A DNA stretch of 64,000 bases from Auanema rhodensis (lineage: Eukaryota > Animalia > Nematoda). Location of the stretch: positions 2,852,001 to 2,916,000 of the forward strand of contig OZ059898.1 of assembly GCA_964057225.1 (NCBI GenBank), in the 5' to 3' direction. The notes under the pieces were generated by a model that was given only the letters and a program-made list of their open reading frames with translations, had not been told where the DNA came from and ran no database searches. The position numbers and the translations under genes are program-made. Each line of letters starts with the position of its first letter. Positions within the stretch are counted from its first letter, which is position 1. Of the stretch, positions 27,901-43,300 are shown piece by piece.

Positions 27901-30900
27901 CGATCATAACTAATTTTTTTATTAAGCGTTTTTCAATGTAGTATAGTGCATTCGATGCGGATTTTTAAGCTGCGTCGATCTGTGTTATCAGATTTGCGCT
28001 AGCTTAAAAATGCACCGAGATATCAACTGATATAAGTTCACACTTATATCCTCGATTTTCACCCTGAAGAATTAATTTTTTCGTTGAATAACATTGTCCA
28101 TCGTCTTTGCCTTGAAAAAAGGAATCTAAAAACATCTACTTTTTGCTAAATTATTTTGAAATTTTTCGAAAAAATTTTTGTCAAAATGTTTTTGGAAGCA
28201 ATGTTGAGTGTACATGGAAACTCAACATACACTAATGCATCATTTTTCAAACGATCATAACTAATTTTTGTATTAAGCGTTTTTCAATGTAGTATAGTGC
28301 ATTCGATGCGGATTTTTAAGCTGCGTCGATCTGTGTTATCAGATTTGCGCTAGCTTAAAAATGCACCGAGATATAAACTGATATAAGTTCACACTTATAT
28401 CCTCGATTTTCACCCTGAAGAATTAATTTTTTCGTTGAATAACGTTGTCTATCGTCTTTGCCTTGAGAAATGGAATCTAAAAACATCTACTTTTTGCTAA
28501 ATTATTTTGAAATTTTTCGAAAAAATTTTTGTCAAAATGTTTTTGGAAGCAATGTTGAGTGTACATGGAAACTCAACATACACTAATGCATCATTTTTCA
28601 AACGATCATAACTAATTTTTCTATAAAGCGTTTCTCAATGTAGTATAGTGCATTCGATGCGGATTTTTAAGCTGCGTCGATCTGTGTTATCAGATTTGCG
28701 CTAGCTTAAAAATGCACCGAGATATCAACTGATATAAGTTCACACTAAAATCCTCGATTTTCACCCTGAAGAATTAATTTTTTCGTTGATTAACAATGTC
28801 CATCGTCTTTGCCTTAAAAAAAGGAATCTAAAAACATCTACTTTTTGCTAGATTATTTTGAAATTTCTCGAAAAAATTTTTGTCAAAATGTTTTTGGAAG
28901 CAATGTTGAGTGTACATAGAAACTCAACATACACTAATGCATAATTTTTCAAACGATCATAACTAATTTTTGTATTAAGCGTTTCTCAATGTAGTATAGT
29001 GCATTCGATGCGGATTTTTAAGCTGCGTCGATCTGTGTTATCAGATTTGCGCTAGCTTAAAAATGCACCGAGATATCAACTGATATAAGTTCACACTTAT
29101 ATCCTCGATTTTCACCCTGAAGAATTAATTTTTTCGTTGAATAACGTTGTCTATCGTCTTTGCCTTGAGAAATGGAATCTAAAAACATCTACTTTTTGCT
29201 AAATTATTTTGAAATTTTTCGAAAAAATTTTTGTCAAAATGTTTTTGGAAGCAATGTTGAGTGTACATGGAAACTCAACATACACTAATGCATCATTTTT
29301 CAAACGATCATAACTAATTTTTCTATAAAGCGTTTCTCAATGTAGTATAGTGCATTCGATGCGGATTTTTAAGCTGCGTCGATCTGTGTTATCAGATTTG
29401 CGCTAGCTTAAAAATGCACCGAGATATCAACTGATATAAGTTCACACTAAAATCCTCGATTTTCACCCTGAAGAATTAATTTTTTCGTTGATTAACAATG
29501 TCCATCGTCTTTGCCTTAAAAAAAGGAATCTAAAAACATCTACTTTTGCTAGATTATTTTGAAATTTCTCGAAAAAATTTTTGTCAAAATGTTTTTGGAA
29601 GCAATGTTGAGTGTACATGGAAACTCAACATACACTAATGCATAATTTTTCAAACGATCATAACTAATTTTTGTATTAAGCGTTTCTCAATGTAGTATAG
29701 TGCATTCTATGCGGATTTTTAAGCTGCGTCGATCTGTGTTATCAGATTTGCGCTAGCTTAAAAATGCACCGAGATATCAACTGATATAAGTTCACACTTA
29801 TATCCTCGATTTTCACCCTGAAGAATTAATTTTTTCGTTGAATAACAATGTCCATCGTCTTTGCCTTGAAAAAAGAAATCTAAAAACATCTACTTTTTGC
29901 TAAATTATATTGAAATTTTTCGAAAAAATTTTTGTCAAAATGTTTTTGGAAGCAATGTTGAGTGTACATGGAAACTCAACATACACTAATGCATCATTTT
30001 TTAAACGATCATAACTAATTTTTTATTAAGCGTTTTTCAATGTAGTATAGTGCATTCGATGCGGATTTTTAAGCTGCGTCGATCTGTGTTATCAGATTTG
30101 CGCTAGCTTAAAAATGCACCGAGATATCAACTGATATAAGTTCACACTTATATCCTCGATTTTCACCCTGAAGAATCAATTTTTTCGTTGAATAACATTG
30201 TCCATCGTCTTTGCCTTGAAAAAAGGAATCTAAAAACATCTACTTTTGCTAGATTATTTTGAAATTTTTCGAAAAAATTTTTGTCAAAATGTTTTTGGAA
30301 GCAATGTTGAGTGTACATAGAAACTCAACATACACTAATGCATAATTTTTTAAACGATCATAACTAATTTTTTTATTAAGCGTTTTTCAATGTAGTATAG
30401 TGCATTCGATGCGGATTTTTAAGCTGCGTCGATCTGTGTTATCAGATTTGCGCTAGCTTAAAAATGCACCGAGATATCAACTGATATAAGTTCACACTTA
30501 TATCCTCGATTTTCACCCTGAAGAATTAATTTTTTCGTTGAATAACATTGTCCATCGTCTTTGCCTTGAAAAAAGGAATCTAAAAACATCTACTTTTTGC
30601 TAAATTATATTGAAATTTTTCGAAAAAATTTTTGTCAAAATGTTTTTGGAAGCAATGTTGAGTGTACATGGAAACTCAACATACACTAATGCATCATTTT
30701 TCAAACGATCATAACTAATTTTTGTATTAAGCGTTTCTCAATGTAGTATAGTGCATTCGATGCGGATTTTTAAGCTGCGTCGATCTGTGTTATCAGATTT
30801 GCGCTAGCTTAAAAATGCACCGAGATATCAACTGATATAAGTTCACACTTATATCCTCGATTTTCACCCTAAAGAATTAATTTTTTCGTTGAATAACATT

Positions 30901-31500
30901 GTCCATCGTCTTTGCCTTGAAAAAAGAAATCTAAAAACAGCTATTTTTTGCTAAATTATATTGAAATTTTTCGAAAAAATTTTTGTCAAAATGTTTTTGG
31001 AAGCAATGTTGAGTGTACATGGAAACTCAACATACACTAATGCATCATTTTTCAAACGATCATAACTAATTTTTGTATTAAGCGTTTTTCAATGTAGTAT
31101 AGTGCATTCGATGCGGATTTTTAAGCTGCGTCGATCTGTTTTATCAGATTTGCGCTAGCTTAAAAATGCACCGAGATATCAACTGATATAAGTTCACACT
31201 TATATCCTCGATTTTCACCCTGAAGAATTAATTTTTTCGTTGAATAACAATGTCCATCGTCTTTGCCTTGAAAAAAGGAATCTAAAAACATCTACTTTTT
31301 GCTAAATTATTTTGAAATTTTTCGAAAAAATTTTTGTCAAAATGTTTTTGGAAGCAATGTTGAGTGTACATGGAAACTCAACATACACTAATGCATCATT
31401 TTTCAAACGATCATAACTAATTTTTGTATTAAGCGTTTCTCAATGTAGTATAGTGCATTCGATGCGGATTTTTAAGCTGCGTCGATCTGTGTTATCAGAT
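18955..31500. repeat. Higher-order repeat region: PQ dimer plus 9-mer PQPQRSTUV and 7-mer derivatives
   Basis: GATATAAACT marker at 20310, 23466, 25921, 28375 (spacings 3156, 2455, 2454). CCCTAAAG at 22806, 25261, 30871. GAATCAATT at 27723/30177. Confidence 0.85.
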
Positions 31501-34500
31501 TTGCGCTAGCTTAAAAATGCACCGAGATATCAACTGATATAAGTTCACACTTATATCCTCGATTTTCACCCTGAAGAATTAATTTTTTCGTTGAATAACA
31601 TTGTCCATCGTCTTTGCCTTGAAAAAAGAAATCTAAAAACATCTACTTTTTGCTAAATTATATTGAAATTTTTCGAAAAAATTTTTGTCAAAATGTTTTT
31701 GGAAGCAATGTTGAGTGTACATGGAAACTCAACATACACTAATGCATCATTTTTCAAACGATCATAACTAATTTTTGTATTAAGCGTTTTTCAATGTAGT
31801 ATAGTGTATTCGATGCGGATTTTTAAGCTGCGTCGATCTGTGTTATCAGATTTGCGCTAGCTTAAAAATGCACCGAGATATCAACTGATATAAGTTCACA
31901 CTTATATCCTCGATTTTCACCCTGAAGAATTAATTTTTTCGTTGAATAACATTGTCCATCGTCTTTGCCTTGAAAAAAGAAATCTAAAAACATCTACTTT
32001 TTGCTAAATTATATTGAAATTTTTCGAAAAAATTTTTGTCAAAATGTTTTTGGAAGCAATGTTGAGTGTACATGGAAACTCAACATACACTAATGCATAA
32101 TTTTTCAAACGATCATAACTAATTTTTGTATTAAGCGTTTCTCAATGTAGTATAGTGCATTCGATGCGGATTTTTAAGCTGCGTCGATCTGTGTTATCAG
32201 ATTTGCGCTAGCTTAAAAATGCACCAAGATATCAACTGATATAAGTTCACACTTATATCCTCGATTTTCACCCTGAAGAATTAATTTTTTCGTTGAATAA
32301 CATTGTCCATCGTCTTTGCCTTGAAAAAAGAAATCTAAAAACATCTACTTTTTGCTAAATTATATTGAAATTTTTCGAAAAAATTTTTGTCAAAATGTTT
32401 TTGGAAGCAATGTTGAGTGTACATGGAAACTCAACATACACTAATGCATCATTTTTCAAACGATCATAACTAATTTTTCTATAAAGCGTTTCTCAATGTA
32501 GTATAGTGCATTCTATGCGGATTTTTAAGCTGCGTCGATCTGTGTTATCAGATTTGCGCTAGCTTAAAAATGCACCAAGATATCAACTGATATAAGTTCA
32601 CACTTATATCCTCGATTTTCACCCTGAAGAATTAATTTTTTCGTTGAATAACATTGTCCATCGTCTTTGCCTTGAAAAAAGGAATCTAAAAACATCTACT
32701 TTTTGCTAAATTATTTTGAAATTTTTCGAAAAAATTTTTGTCAAAATGTTTTTGGAAGCAATGTTGAGTGTACATGGAAACTCAACATACACTAATGCAT
32801 CATTTTTCAAACGATCATAACTAATTTTTGTATTAAGCGTTTTTCAATGTAGTATAGTGCATTCGATGCGGATTTTTAAGCTGCGTCGATCTGTGTTATC
32901 AGATTTGCGCTAGCTTAAAAATGCACCGAGATATCAACTGATATAAGTTCACACTTATATCCTCGATTTTCACCCTGAAGAATTAACTTTTTCGTTGAAT
33001 AACATTGTCCATCGTCTTTGCCTTAAAAAATGGAATCTAAAAACATCTACTTTTTGCTAAATTATTTCGAAATTTTTCGAAAAAATTTTTGTCAAAATGT
33101 TTTTGGAAGCAATGTTGAGTGTACATGGAAACTCAACATACACTAATGCATCATTTTTCAAACGATCATAACTAATTTTTCTATAAAGCGTTTCTCAATG
33201 TAGTATAGTGCATTCGATGCGGATTTTTAAGCTGCGTCGATCTGTGTTATCAGATTTGCGCTAGCTTAAAAATGCACCGAGATATCAACTGATATAAGTT
33301 CACACTAAAATCCTCGATTTTCACCCTGAAGAATTAATTTTTTCGTTGATTAACAATGTCCATCGTCTTTGCCTTAAAAAAAGGAATCTAAAAACATCTA
33401 CTTTTGCTAGATTATTTTGAAATTTCTCGAAAAAATTTTTGTCAAAATGTTTTTGGAAGCAATGTTGAGTGTACATAGAAACTCAACATACACTAATGCA
33501 TAATTTTTCAAACGATCATAACTAATTTTTGTATTAAGCGTTTTTCAATGTAGTATAGTGCATTCGATGCGGATTTTTAAGCTGCGTCGATCTGTGTTAT
33601 CAGATTTGCGCTAGCTTAAAAATGCACCGAGATATCAACTGATATAAGTTCACACTTATATCCTCGATTTTCACCCTGAAGAATTAATTTTTTCGTTGAA
33701 TAACAATGTCCATCGTCTTTGCCTTGAAAAAAGAAATCTAAAAACATCTACTTTTTGCTAAATTATATTGAAATTTTTCGAAAAAATTTTTGTCAAAATG
33801 TTTTTGGAAGCAATGTTGAGTGTACATGGAAACTCAACATACACTAATGCATCATTTTTTAAACGATCATAACTAATTTTTTCATTAAGCGTTTTTCAAT
33901 GTAGTATAGTGCATTCGATGCGGATTTTTAAGCTGCGTCGATCTGTGTTATCAGATTTGCGCTAGCTTAAAAATGCACCGAGATATCAACTGATATAAGT
34001 TCACACTTATATCCTCGATTTTCACCCTGAAGAATTAATTTTTTCGTTGAATAACAATGTCCATCGTCTTTGCCTTGAAAAAAGAAATCTAAAAACATCT
34101 ACTTTTTGCTAAATTATATTGAAATTTTTCGAAAAAATTTTTGTCAAAATGTTTTTGGAAGCAATGTTGAGTGTACATGGAAACTCAACATACACTAATG
34201 CATCATTTTTTAAACGATCATAACTAATTTTTTCATTAAGCGTTTTTCAATGTAGTATAGTGCATTCGATGCGGATTTTTAAGCTGCGTCGATCTGTGTT
34301 ATCAGATTTGCGCTAGCTTAAAAATGCACCGAGATATCAACTGATATAAGTTCACACTTATATCCTCGATTTTCACCCTGAAGAATTAATTTTTTCGTTG
34401 AATAACATTGTCCATCGTCTTTGCCTTGAAAAAAGGAATCTAAAAACATCTACTTTTGCTAGATTATTTTGAAATTTTTCGAAAAAATTTTTGTCAAAAT

Positions 34501-35129
34501 GTTTTTGGAAGCAATGTTGAGTGTACATAGAAACTCAACATACACTAATGCATAATTTTTTAAACGATCATAACTAATTTTTTTATTAAGCGTTTTTCAA
34601 TGTAGTATAGTGCATTCGATGCGGATTTTTAAGCTGCGTCGATCTGTGTTATCAGATTTGCGCTAGCTTAAAAATGCACCGAGATATCAACTGATATAAG
34701 TTCACACTTATATCCTCGATTTTCACCCTGAAGAATTAATTTTTTCGTTGAATAACATTGTCCATCGTCTTTGCCTTGAAAAAAGGAATCTAAAAACATC
34801 TACTTTTTGCTAAATTATATTGAAATTTTTCGAAAAAATTTTTGTCAAAATGTTTTTGGAAGCAATGTTGAGTGTACATGGAAACTCAACATACACTAAT
34901 GCATCATTTTTCAAACGATCATAACTAATTTTTCTATAAAGCGTTTCTCAATGTAGTATAGTGCATTCGATGCGGATTTTTAAGCTGCGTCGATCTGTTT
35001 TATCAGATTTGCGCTAGCTTAAAAATGCACCGAGATATCAACTGATATAAGTTCACACTTATATCCTCGATTTTCACCCTGAAGAATTAATTTTTTCGTT
35101 GAATAACAATGTCCATCGTCTTTGCCTTA

Positions 35130-38100
35130 AAAAAAGGAATCTAAAAACATCTACTTTTGCTAGATTATTTTGAAATTTCTCGAAAAAATTTTTGTCAAAA
35201 TGTTTTTGGAAGCAATGTTGAGTGTACATAGAAACTCAACATACACTAATGCATAATTTTTCAAACGATCATAACTAATTTTTGTATTAAGCGTTTTTCA
35301 ATGTAGTATAGTGCATTCGATGCGGATTTTTAAGCTGCGTCGATCTGTGTTATCAGATTTGCGCTAGCTTAAAAATAAACCGAGATATCAACTGATATAA
35401 GTTCACACTTATATCCTCGATTTTCACCCTGAAGAATTAATTTTTTCGTTGAATAACAATGTCCATCGTCTTTGCCTTGAAAAAAGGAATCTAAAAACAT
35501 CTACTTTTTGCTAAATTATTTTGAAATTTTTCGAAAAAATTTTTGTCAAAATGTTTTTGGAAGCAATGTTGAGTGTACATGGAAACTCAACATACACTAA
35601 TGCATCATTTTTCAAACGATCATAACTAATTTTTGTATCAAGCGTTTCTCAATGTAGTATAGTGCATTCGATGCGGATTTTTAAGCTGCGTCGATCTGTG
35701 TTATCAGATTTGCGCTAGCTTAAAAATGCACCAAGATATCAACTGATATAAGTTCACACTTATATCCTCGATTTTCACCCTGAAGAATTAATTTTTTCGT
35801 TGAATAACATTGTCCATCGTCTTTGCCTTGAAAAAAGAAATCTAAAAACATCTACTTTTTGCTAAATTATATTGAAATTTTTCGAAAAAATTTTTGTCAA
35901 AATGTTTTTGGAAGCAATGTTGAGTGTACATGGAAACTCAACATACACTAATGCATCATTTTTCAAACGATCATAACTAATTTTTCTATAAAGCGTTTCT
36001 CAATGTAGTATAGTGCATTCTATGCGGATTTTTAAGCTGCGTCGATCTGTGTTATCAGATTTGCGCTAGCTTAAAAATGCACCAAGATATCAACTGATAT
36101 AAGTTCACACTTATATCCTCGATTTTCACCCTGAAGAATTAATTTTTTCGTTGAATAACATTGTCCATCGTCTTTGCCTTGAAAAAAGAAATCTAAAAAC
36201 ATCTACTTTTTGCTAAATTATATTGAAATTTTTCGAAAAAATTTTTGTCAAAATGTTTTTGGAAGCAATGTTGAGTGTACATGGAAACTCAACATACACT
36301 AATGCATAATTTTTCGAACGATCATAACTAATTTTTGTATTAAGCGTTTCTCAATGTAGTATAGTGCATTCGATGCGGATTTTTAAGCTGCGTCGATCTG
36401 TGTTATCAGATTTGCGCTAGCTTAAAAATGCACCAAGATATCAACTGATATAAGTTCACACTTATATCCTCGATTTTCACCCTGAAGAATTAATTTTTTC
36501 GTTGAATAACATTGTCCATCGTCTTTGCCTTGAAAAAAGAAATCTAAAAACATCTACTTTTTGCTAAATTATATTGAAATTTTTCGAAAAAATTTTTGTC
36601 AAAATGTTTTTGGAAGCAATGTTGAGTGTACATGGAAACTCAACATACACTAATGCATCATTTTTCAAACGATCATAACTAATTTTTCTATAAAGCGTTT
36701 CTCAATGTAGTATAGTGCATTCTATGCGGATTTTTAAGCTGCGTCGATCTGTGTTATCAGATTTGCGCTAGCTTAAAAATTCACCAAGATATCAACTGAT
36801 ATAAGTTCACACTTATATCCTCGATTTTCACCCTGAAGAATTAATTTTTTCGTTGAATAACATTGTCCATCGTCTTTGCCTTGAAAAAAGGAATCTAAAA
36901 ACATCTACTTTTTGCTAAATTATTTTGAAATTTTTCGAAAAAATTTTTGTCAAAATGTTTTTGGAAGCAATGTTGAGTGTACATGGAAACTCAACATACA
37001 CTAATGCATCATTTTTCAAACGATCATAACTAATTTTTGTATTAAGCGTTTTTCAATGTAGTATAGTGCATTCGATGCGGATTTTTAAACTGCGTCGATC
37101 TGTGTTATCAGATTTGCGCTAGCTTAAAAATGCACCGAGATATCAACTGATATAAGTTCACACTTATATCCTCGATTTTCACCCTGAAGAATTAACTTTT
37201 TCGTTGAATAACATTGTCCATCGTCTTTGCCTTAAAAAATGGAATCTAAAATATCTACTTTTTGCTAAATTATTTCGAAATTTTTCGAAAAAATTTTTGT
37301 CAAAATGTTTTTGGAAGCAATGTTGAGTGTACATGGAAACTCAACATACACTAATGCATCATTTTTCAAACGATCATAACTAATTTTTCTATAAAGCGTT
37401 TCTCAATGTAGTATAGTGCATTCGATGCGGATTTTTAAGCTGCGTCGATCTGTGTTATCAGATTTGCGCTAGCTTAAAAATGCACCGAGATATCAACTGA
37501 TATAAGTTCACACTAAAATCCTCGATTTTCACCCTGAAGAATTAATTTTTTCGTTGATTAACAATGTCCATCGTCTTTGCCTTAAAAAAAGGAATCTAAA
37601 AACATCTACTTTTGCTAGATTATTTTGAAATTTCTCGAAAAAATTTTTGTCAAAATGTTTTTGGAAGCAATGTTGAGTGTACATAGAAACTCAACATACA
37701 CTAATGCATAATTTTTCAAACGATCATAACTAATTTTTGTATTAAGCGTTTTTCAATGTAGTATAGTGCATTCGATGCGGATTTTTAAGCTGCGTCGATC
37801 TGTGTTATCAGATTTGCGCTAGCTTAAAAATAAACCGAGATATCAACTGATATAAGTTCACACTTATATCCTCGATTTTCACCCTGAAGAATTAATTTTT
37901 TCGTTGAATAACAATGTCCATCGTCTTTGCCTTGAAAAAAGGAATCTAAAAACATCTACTTTTTGCTAAATTATTTTGAAATTTTTCGAAAAAATTTTTG
38001 TCAAAATGTTTTTGGAAGCAATGTTGAGTGTACATGGAAACTCAACATACACTAATGCATCATTTTTCAAACGATCATAACTAATTTTTGTATCAAGCGT

Positions 38101-39300
38101 TTCTCAATGTAGTATAGTGCATTCGATGCGGATTTTTAAGCTGCGTCGATCTGTGTTATCAGATTTGCGCTAGCTTAAAAATGCACCAAGATATCAACTG
38201 ATATAAGTTCACACTTATATCCTCGATTTTCACCCTGAAGAATTAATTTTTTCGTTGAATAACATTGTCCATCGTCTTTGCCTTGAAAAAAGAAATCTAA
38301 AAACATCTACTTTTTGCTAAATTATATTGAAATTTTTCGAAAAAATTTTTGTCAAAATGTTTTTGGAAGCAATGTTGAGTGTACATGGAAACTCAACATA
38401 CACTAATGCATCATTTTTCAAACGATCATAACTAATTTTTCTATAAAGCGTTTCTCAATGTAGTATAGTGCATTCTATGCGGATTTTTAAGCTGCGTCGA
38501 TCTGTGTTATCAGATTTGCGCTAGCTTAAAAATGCACCAAGATATCAACTGATATAAGTTCACACTTATATCCTCGATTTTCACCCTGAAGAATTAATTT
38601 TTTCGTTGAATAACATTGTCCATCGTCTTTGCCTTGAAAAAAGAAATCTAAAAACATCTACTTTTTGCTAAATTATATTGAAATTTTTCGAAAAAATTTT
38701 TGTCAAAATGTTTTTGGAAGCAATGTTGAGTGTACATGGAAACTCAACATACACTAATGCATAATTTTTCAAACGATCATAACTAATTTTTGTATTAAGC
38801 GTTTCTCAATGTAGTATAGTGCATTCGATGCGGATTTTTAAGCTGCGTCGATCTGTGTTATCAGATTTGCGCTAGCTTAAAAATGCACCAAGATATCAAC
38901 TGATATAAGTTCACACTTATATCCTCGATTTTCACCCTGAAGAATTAATTTTTTCGTTGAATAACATTGTCCATCGTCTTTGCCTTGAAAAAAGAAATCT
39001 AAAAACATCTACTTTTTGCTAAATTATATTGAAATTTTTCGAAAAAATTTTTGTCAAAATGTTTTTGGAAGCAATGTTGAGTGTACATGGAAACTCAACA
39101 TACACTAATGCATCATTTTTCAAACGATCATAACTAATTTTTCTATAAAGCGTTTCTCAATGTAGTATAGTGCATTCTATGCGGATTTTTAAGCTGCGTC
39201 GATCTGTGTTATCAGATTTGCGCTAGCTTAAAAATTCACCAAGATATCAACTGATATAAGTTCACACTTATATCCTCGATTTTCACCCTGAAGAATTAAT
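35130..39300. repeat. Block duplicated at 7-monomer (2455-bp) offset
   Basis: AATAAACC 35377/37832, GTATCAAG 35639/38094, AATTCACC 36781/39236. Confidence 0.8.
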
Positions 39301-40349
39301 TTTTTCGTTGATTAACAATGTCCATCGTCTTTGCCTTAAAAAAAGGAATCTAAAAACATCTACTTTTGCTAGATTATTTTGAAATTTCTCGAAAAAATTT
39401 TTGTCAAAATGTTTTTGGAAGCAATGTTGAGTGTACATAGAAACTCAACATACACTAATGCATAATTTTTCAAACGATCATAACTAATTTTTGTATTAAG
39501 CGTTTTTCAATGTAGTATAGTGCATTCGATGCGGATTTTTAAGCTGCGTCGATCTGTGTTATCAGATTTGCGCTAGCTTAAAAATGCACCGAGATATCAA
39601 CTGATATAAGTTCACACTTATATCCTCGATTTTCACCCTGAAGAATTAATTTTTTCGTTGAATAACAATGTCCATCGTCTTTGCCTTGAAAAAAGAAATC
39701 TAAAAACATCTACTTTTTGCTAAATTATATTGAAATTTTTCGAAAAAATTTTTGTCAAAATGTTTTTGGAAGCAATGTTGAGTGTACATGGAAACTCAAC
39801 ATACACTAATGCATCATTTTTTAAACGATCATAACTAATTTTTTCATTAAGCGTTTTTCAATGTAGTATAGTGCATTCGATGCGGATTTTTAAGCTGCGT
39901 CGATCTGTGTTATCAGATTTGCGCTAGCTTAAAAATGCACCGAGATATCAACTGATATAAGTTCACACTTATATCCTCGATTTTCACCCTGAAGAATTAA
40001 TTTTTTCGTTGAATAACATTGTCCATCGTCTTTGCCTTGAAAAAAGGAATCTAAAAACATCTACTTTTGCTAGATTATTTTGAAATTTTTCGAAAAAATT
40101 TTTGTCAAAATGTTTTTGGAAGCAATGTTGAGTGTACATAGAAACTCAACATACACTAATGCATAATTTTTTAAACGATCATAACTAATTTTTTTATTAA
40201 GCGTTTTTCAATGTAGTATAGTGCATTCGATGCGGATTTTTAAGCTGCGTCGATCTGTGTTATCAGATTTGCGCTAGCTTAAAAATGCACCGAGATATCA
40301 ACTGATATAAGTTCACACTTATATCCTCGATTTTCACCCTGAAGAATTA

Positions 40350-43300
40350 ATTTTTTCGTTGAATAACATTGTCCATCGTCTTTGCCTTGAAAAAAGGAAT
40401 CTAAAAACATCTACTTTTTGCTAAATTATATTGAAATTTTTCGAAAAAATTTTTGTCAAAATGTTTTTGGAAGCAATGTTGAGTGTACATGGAAACTCAA
40501 CATACACTAATGCATCATTTTTCAAACGATCATAACTAATTTTTCTATAAAGCGTTTCTCAATGTAGTATAGTGCATTCGATGCGGATTTTTAAGCTGCG
40601 TCGATCTGTGTTATCAGATTTGCGCTAGCTTAAAAATGCACCGAGATATCAACTGATATAAGTTCACACTTATATCCTCGATTTTCACCCTGAAGAATTA
40701 ATTTTTTCGTTGAATAACATTGTCCATCGTCTTTGCCTTGAAAAAAGGAATCTAAAAACATCTACTTTTGCTAGATTATTTTGAAATTTTTCGAAAAAAT
40801 TTTTGTCAAAATGTTTTTGGAAGCAATGTTGAGTGTACATAGAAACTCAACATACACTAATGCATAATTTTTTAAACGATCATAACTAATTTTTTTATTA
40901 AGCGTTTTTCAATGTAGTATAGTGCATTCGATGCGGATTTTTAAGCTGCGTCGATCTGTGTTATCAGATTTGCGCTAGCTTAAAAATGCAGCGAGATATC
41001 AACTGATATAAGTTCACACTTATATCCTCGATTTTCACCCTGAAGAATTAATTTTTTCGTTGAATAACATTGTCCATCGTCTTTGCCTTGAAAAAAGGAA
41101 TCTAAAAACATCTACTTTTTGCTAAATTATATTGAAATTTTTCGAAAAAATTTTTGTCAAAATGTTTTTGGAAGCAATGTTGAGTGTACATGGAAACTCA
41201 ACATACACTAATGCATCATTTTTCAAACGATCATAACTAATTTTTCTATAAAGCGTTTCTCAATGTAGTATAGTGCATTCGATGCGGATTTTTAAGCTGC
41301 GTCGATCTGTGTTATCAGATTTGCGCTAGCTTAAAAATGCACCAAGATATCAACTGATATAAGTTCACACTTATATCCTCGATTTTCACCCTGAAGAATT
41401 AATTTTTTCGTTGAATAACATTGTCCATCGTCTTTGCCTTGAAAAAAGGAATCTAAAAACATCTACTTTTGCTAGATTATTTTGAAATTTTTCGAAAAAA
41501 TTTTTGTCAAAATGTTTTTGGAAGCAATGTTGAGTGTACATAGAAACTCAACATACACTAATGCATAATTTTTTAAACGATCATAACTAATTTTTTTATT
41601 AAGCGTTTTTCAATGTAGTATAGTGCATTCGATGCGGATTTTTAAGCTGCGTCGATCTGTGTTATCAGATTTGCGCTAGCTTAAAAATGCACCGAGATAT
41701 CAACTGATATAAGTTCACACTTATATCCTCGATTTTCACCCTGAAGAATTAATTTTTTCGTTGAATAACATTGTCCATCGTCTTTGCCTTGAAAAAAGGA
41801 ATCTAAAAACATCTACTTTTTGCTAAATTATATTGAAATTTTTCGAAAAAATTTTTGTCAAAATGTTTTTGGAAGCAATGTTGAGTGTACATGGAAACTC
41901 AACTTACACTAATGCATCATTTTTCAAACGATCATAACTAATTTTTCTATAAAGCGTTTCTCAATGTAGTATAGTGCATTCGATGCGGATTTTTAAGCTG
42001 CGTCGATCTGTGTTATCAGATTTGCGCTAGCTTAAAAATGCACCAAGATATCAACTGATATAAGTTCACACTTATATCCTCGATTTTCACCCTGAAGAAT
42101 TAATTTTTTCGTTGAATAACATTGTCCATCGTCTTTGCCTTGAAAAAAGAAATCTAAAAACAGCTATTTTTTGCTAAATTATATTGAAATTTTTCGAAAA
42201 AATTTTTGTCAAAATGTTTTTGGAAGCAATGTTGAGTGTACATGGAAACTCAACATACACTAATGCATCATTTTTCAAACGATCATAACTAATTTTTGTA
42301 TTAAGCGTTTTTCAATGTAGTATAGTGCATTCGATGCGGATTTTTAAGCTGCGTCGATCTGTGTTATCAGATTTGCGCTAGCTTAAAAATGCACCGAGAT
42401 ATCAACTGATATAAGTTCACACTTATATCCTCGATTTTCACCCTGAAGAATTAATTTTTTCGTTGAATAACATTGTCCATCGTCTTTGCCTTGAAAAAAG
42501 GAATCTAAAAACATCTACTTTTTGCTAAATTATATTGAAATTTTTCGAAAAAATTTTTGTCAAAATGTTTTTGGAAGCAATGTTGAGTGTACATGGAAAC
42601 TCAACATACACTAATGCATCATTTTTCAAACGATCATAACTAATTTTTCTATAAAGCGTTTCTCAATGTAGTATAGTGCATTCGATGCGGATTTTTAAGC
42701 TGCGTCGATCTGTGTTATCAGATTTGCGCTAGCTTAAAAATGCACCGAGATATCAACTGATATAAGTTCACACTTATATCCTCGATTTTCACCCTGAAGA
42801 ATTAATTTTTTCGTTGAATAACATTGTCCATCGTCTTTGCCTTGAAAAAAGGAATCTAAAAACATCTACTTTTGCTAGATTATTTTGAAATTTTTCGAAA
42901 AAATTTTTGTCAAAATGTTTTTGGAAGCAATGTTGAGTGTACATAGAAACTCAACATACACTAATGCATAATTTTTTAAACGATCATAACTAATTTTTTT
43001 ATTAAGCGTTTTTCAATGTAGTATAGTGCATTCGATGCGGATTTTTAAGCTGCGTCGATCTGTGTTATCAGATTTGCGCTAGCTTAAAAATGCAGCGAGA
43101 TATCAACTGATATAAGTTCACACTTATATCCTCGATTTTCACCCTGAAGAATTAATTTTTTCGTTGAATAACATTGTCCATCGTCTTTGCCTTGAAAAAA
43201 GGAATCTAAAAACATCTACTTTTTGCTAAATTATATTGAAATTTTTCGAAAAAATTTTTGTCAAAATGTTTTTGGAAGCAATGTTGAGTGTACATGGAAA

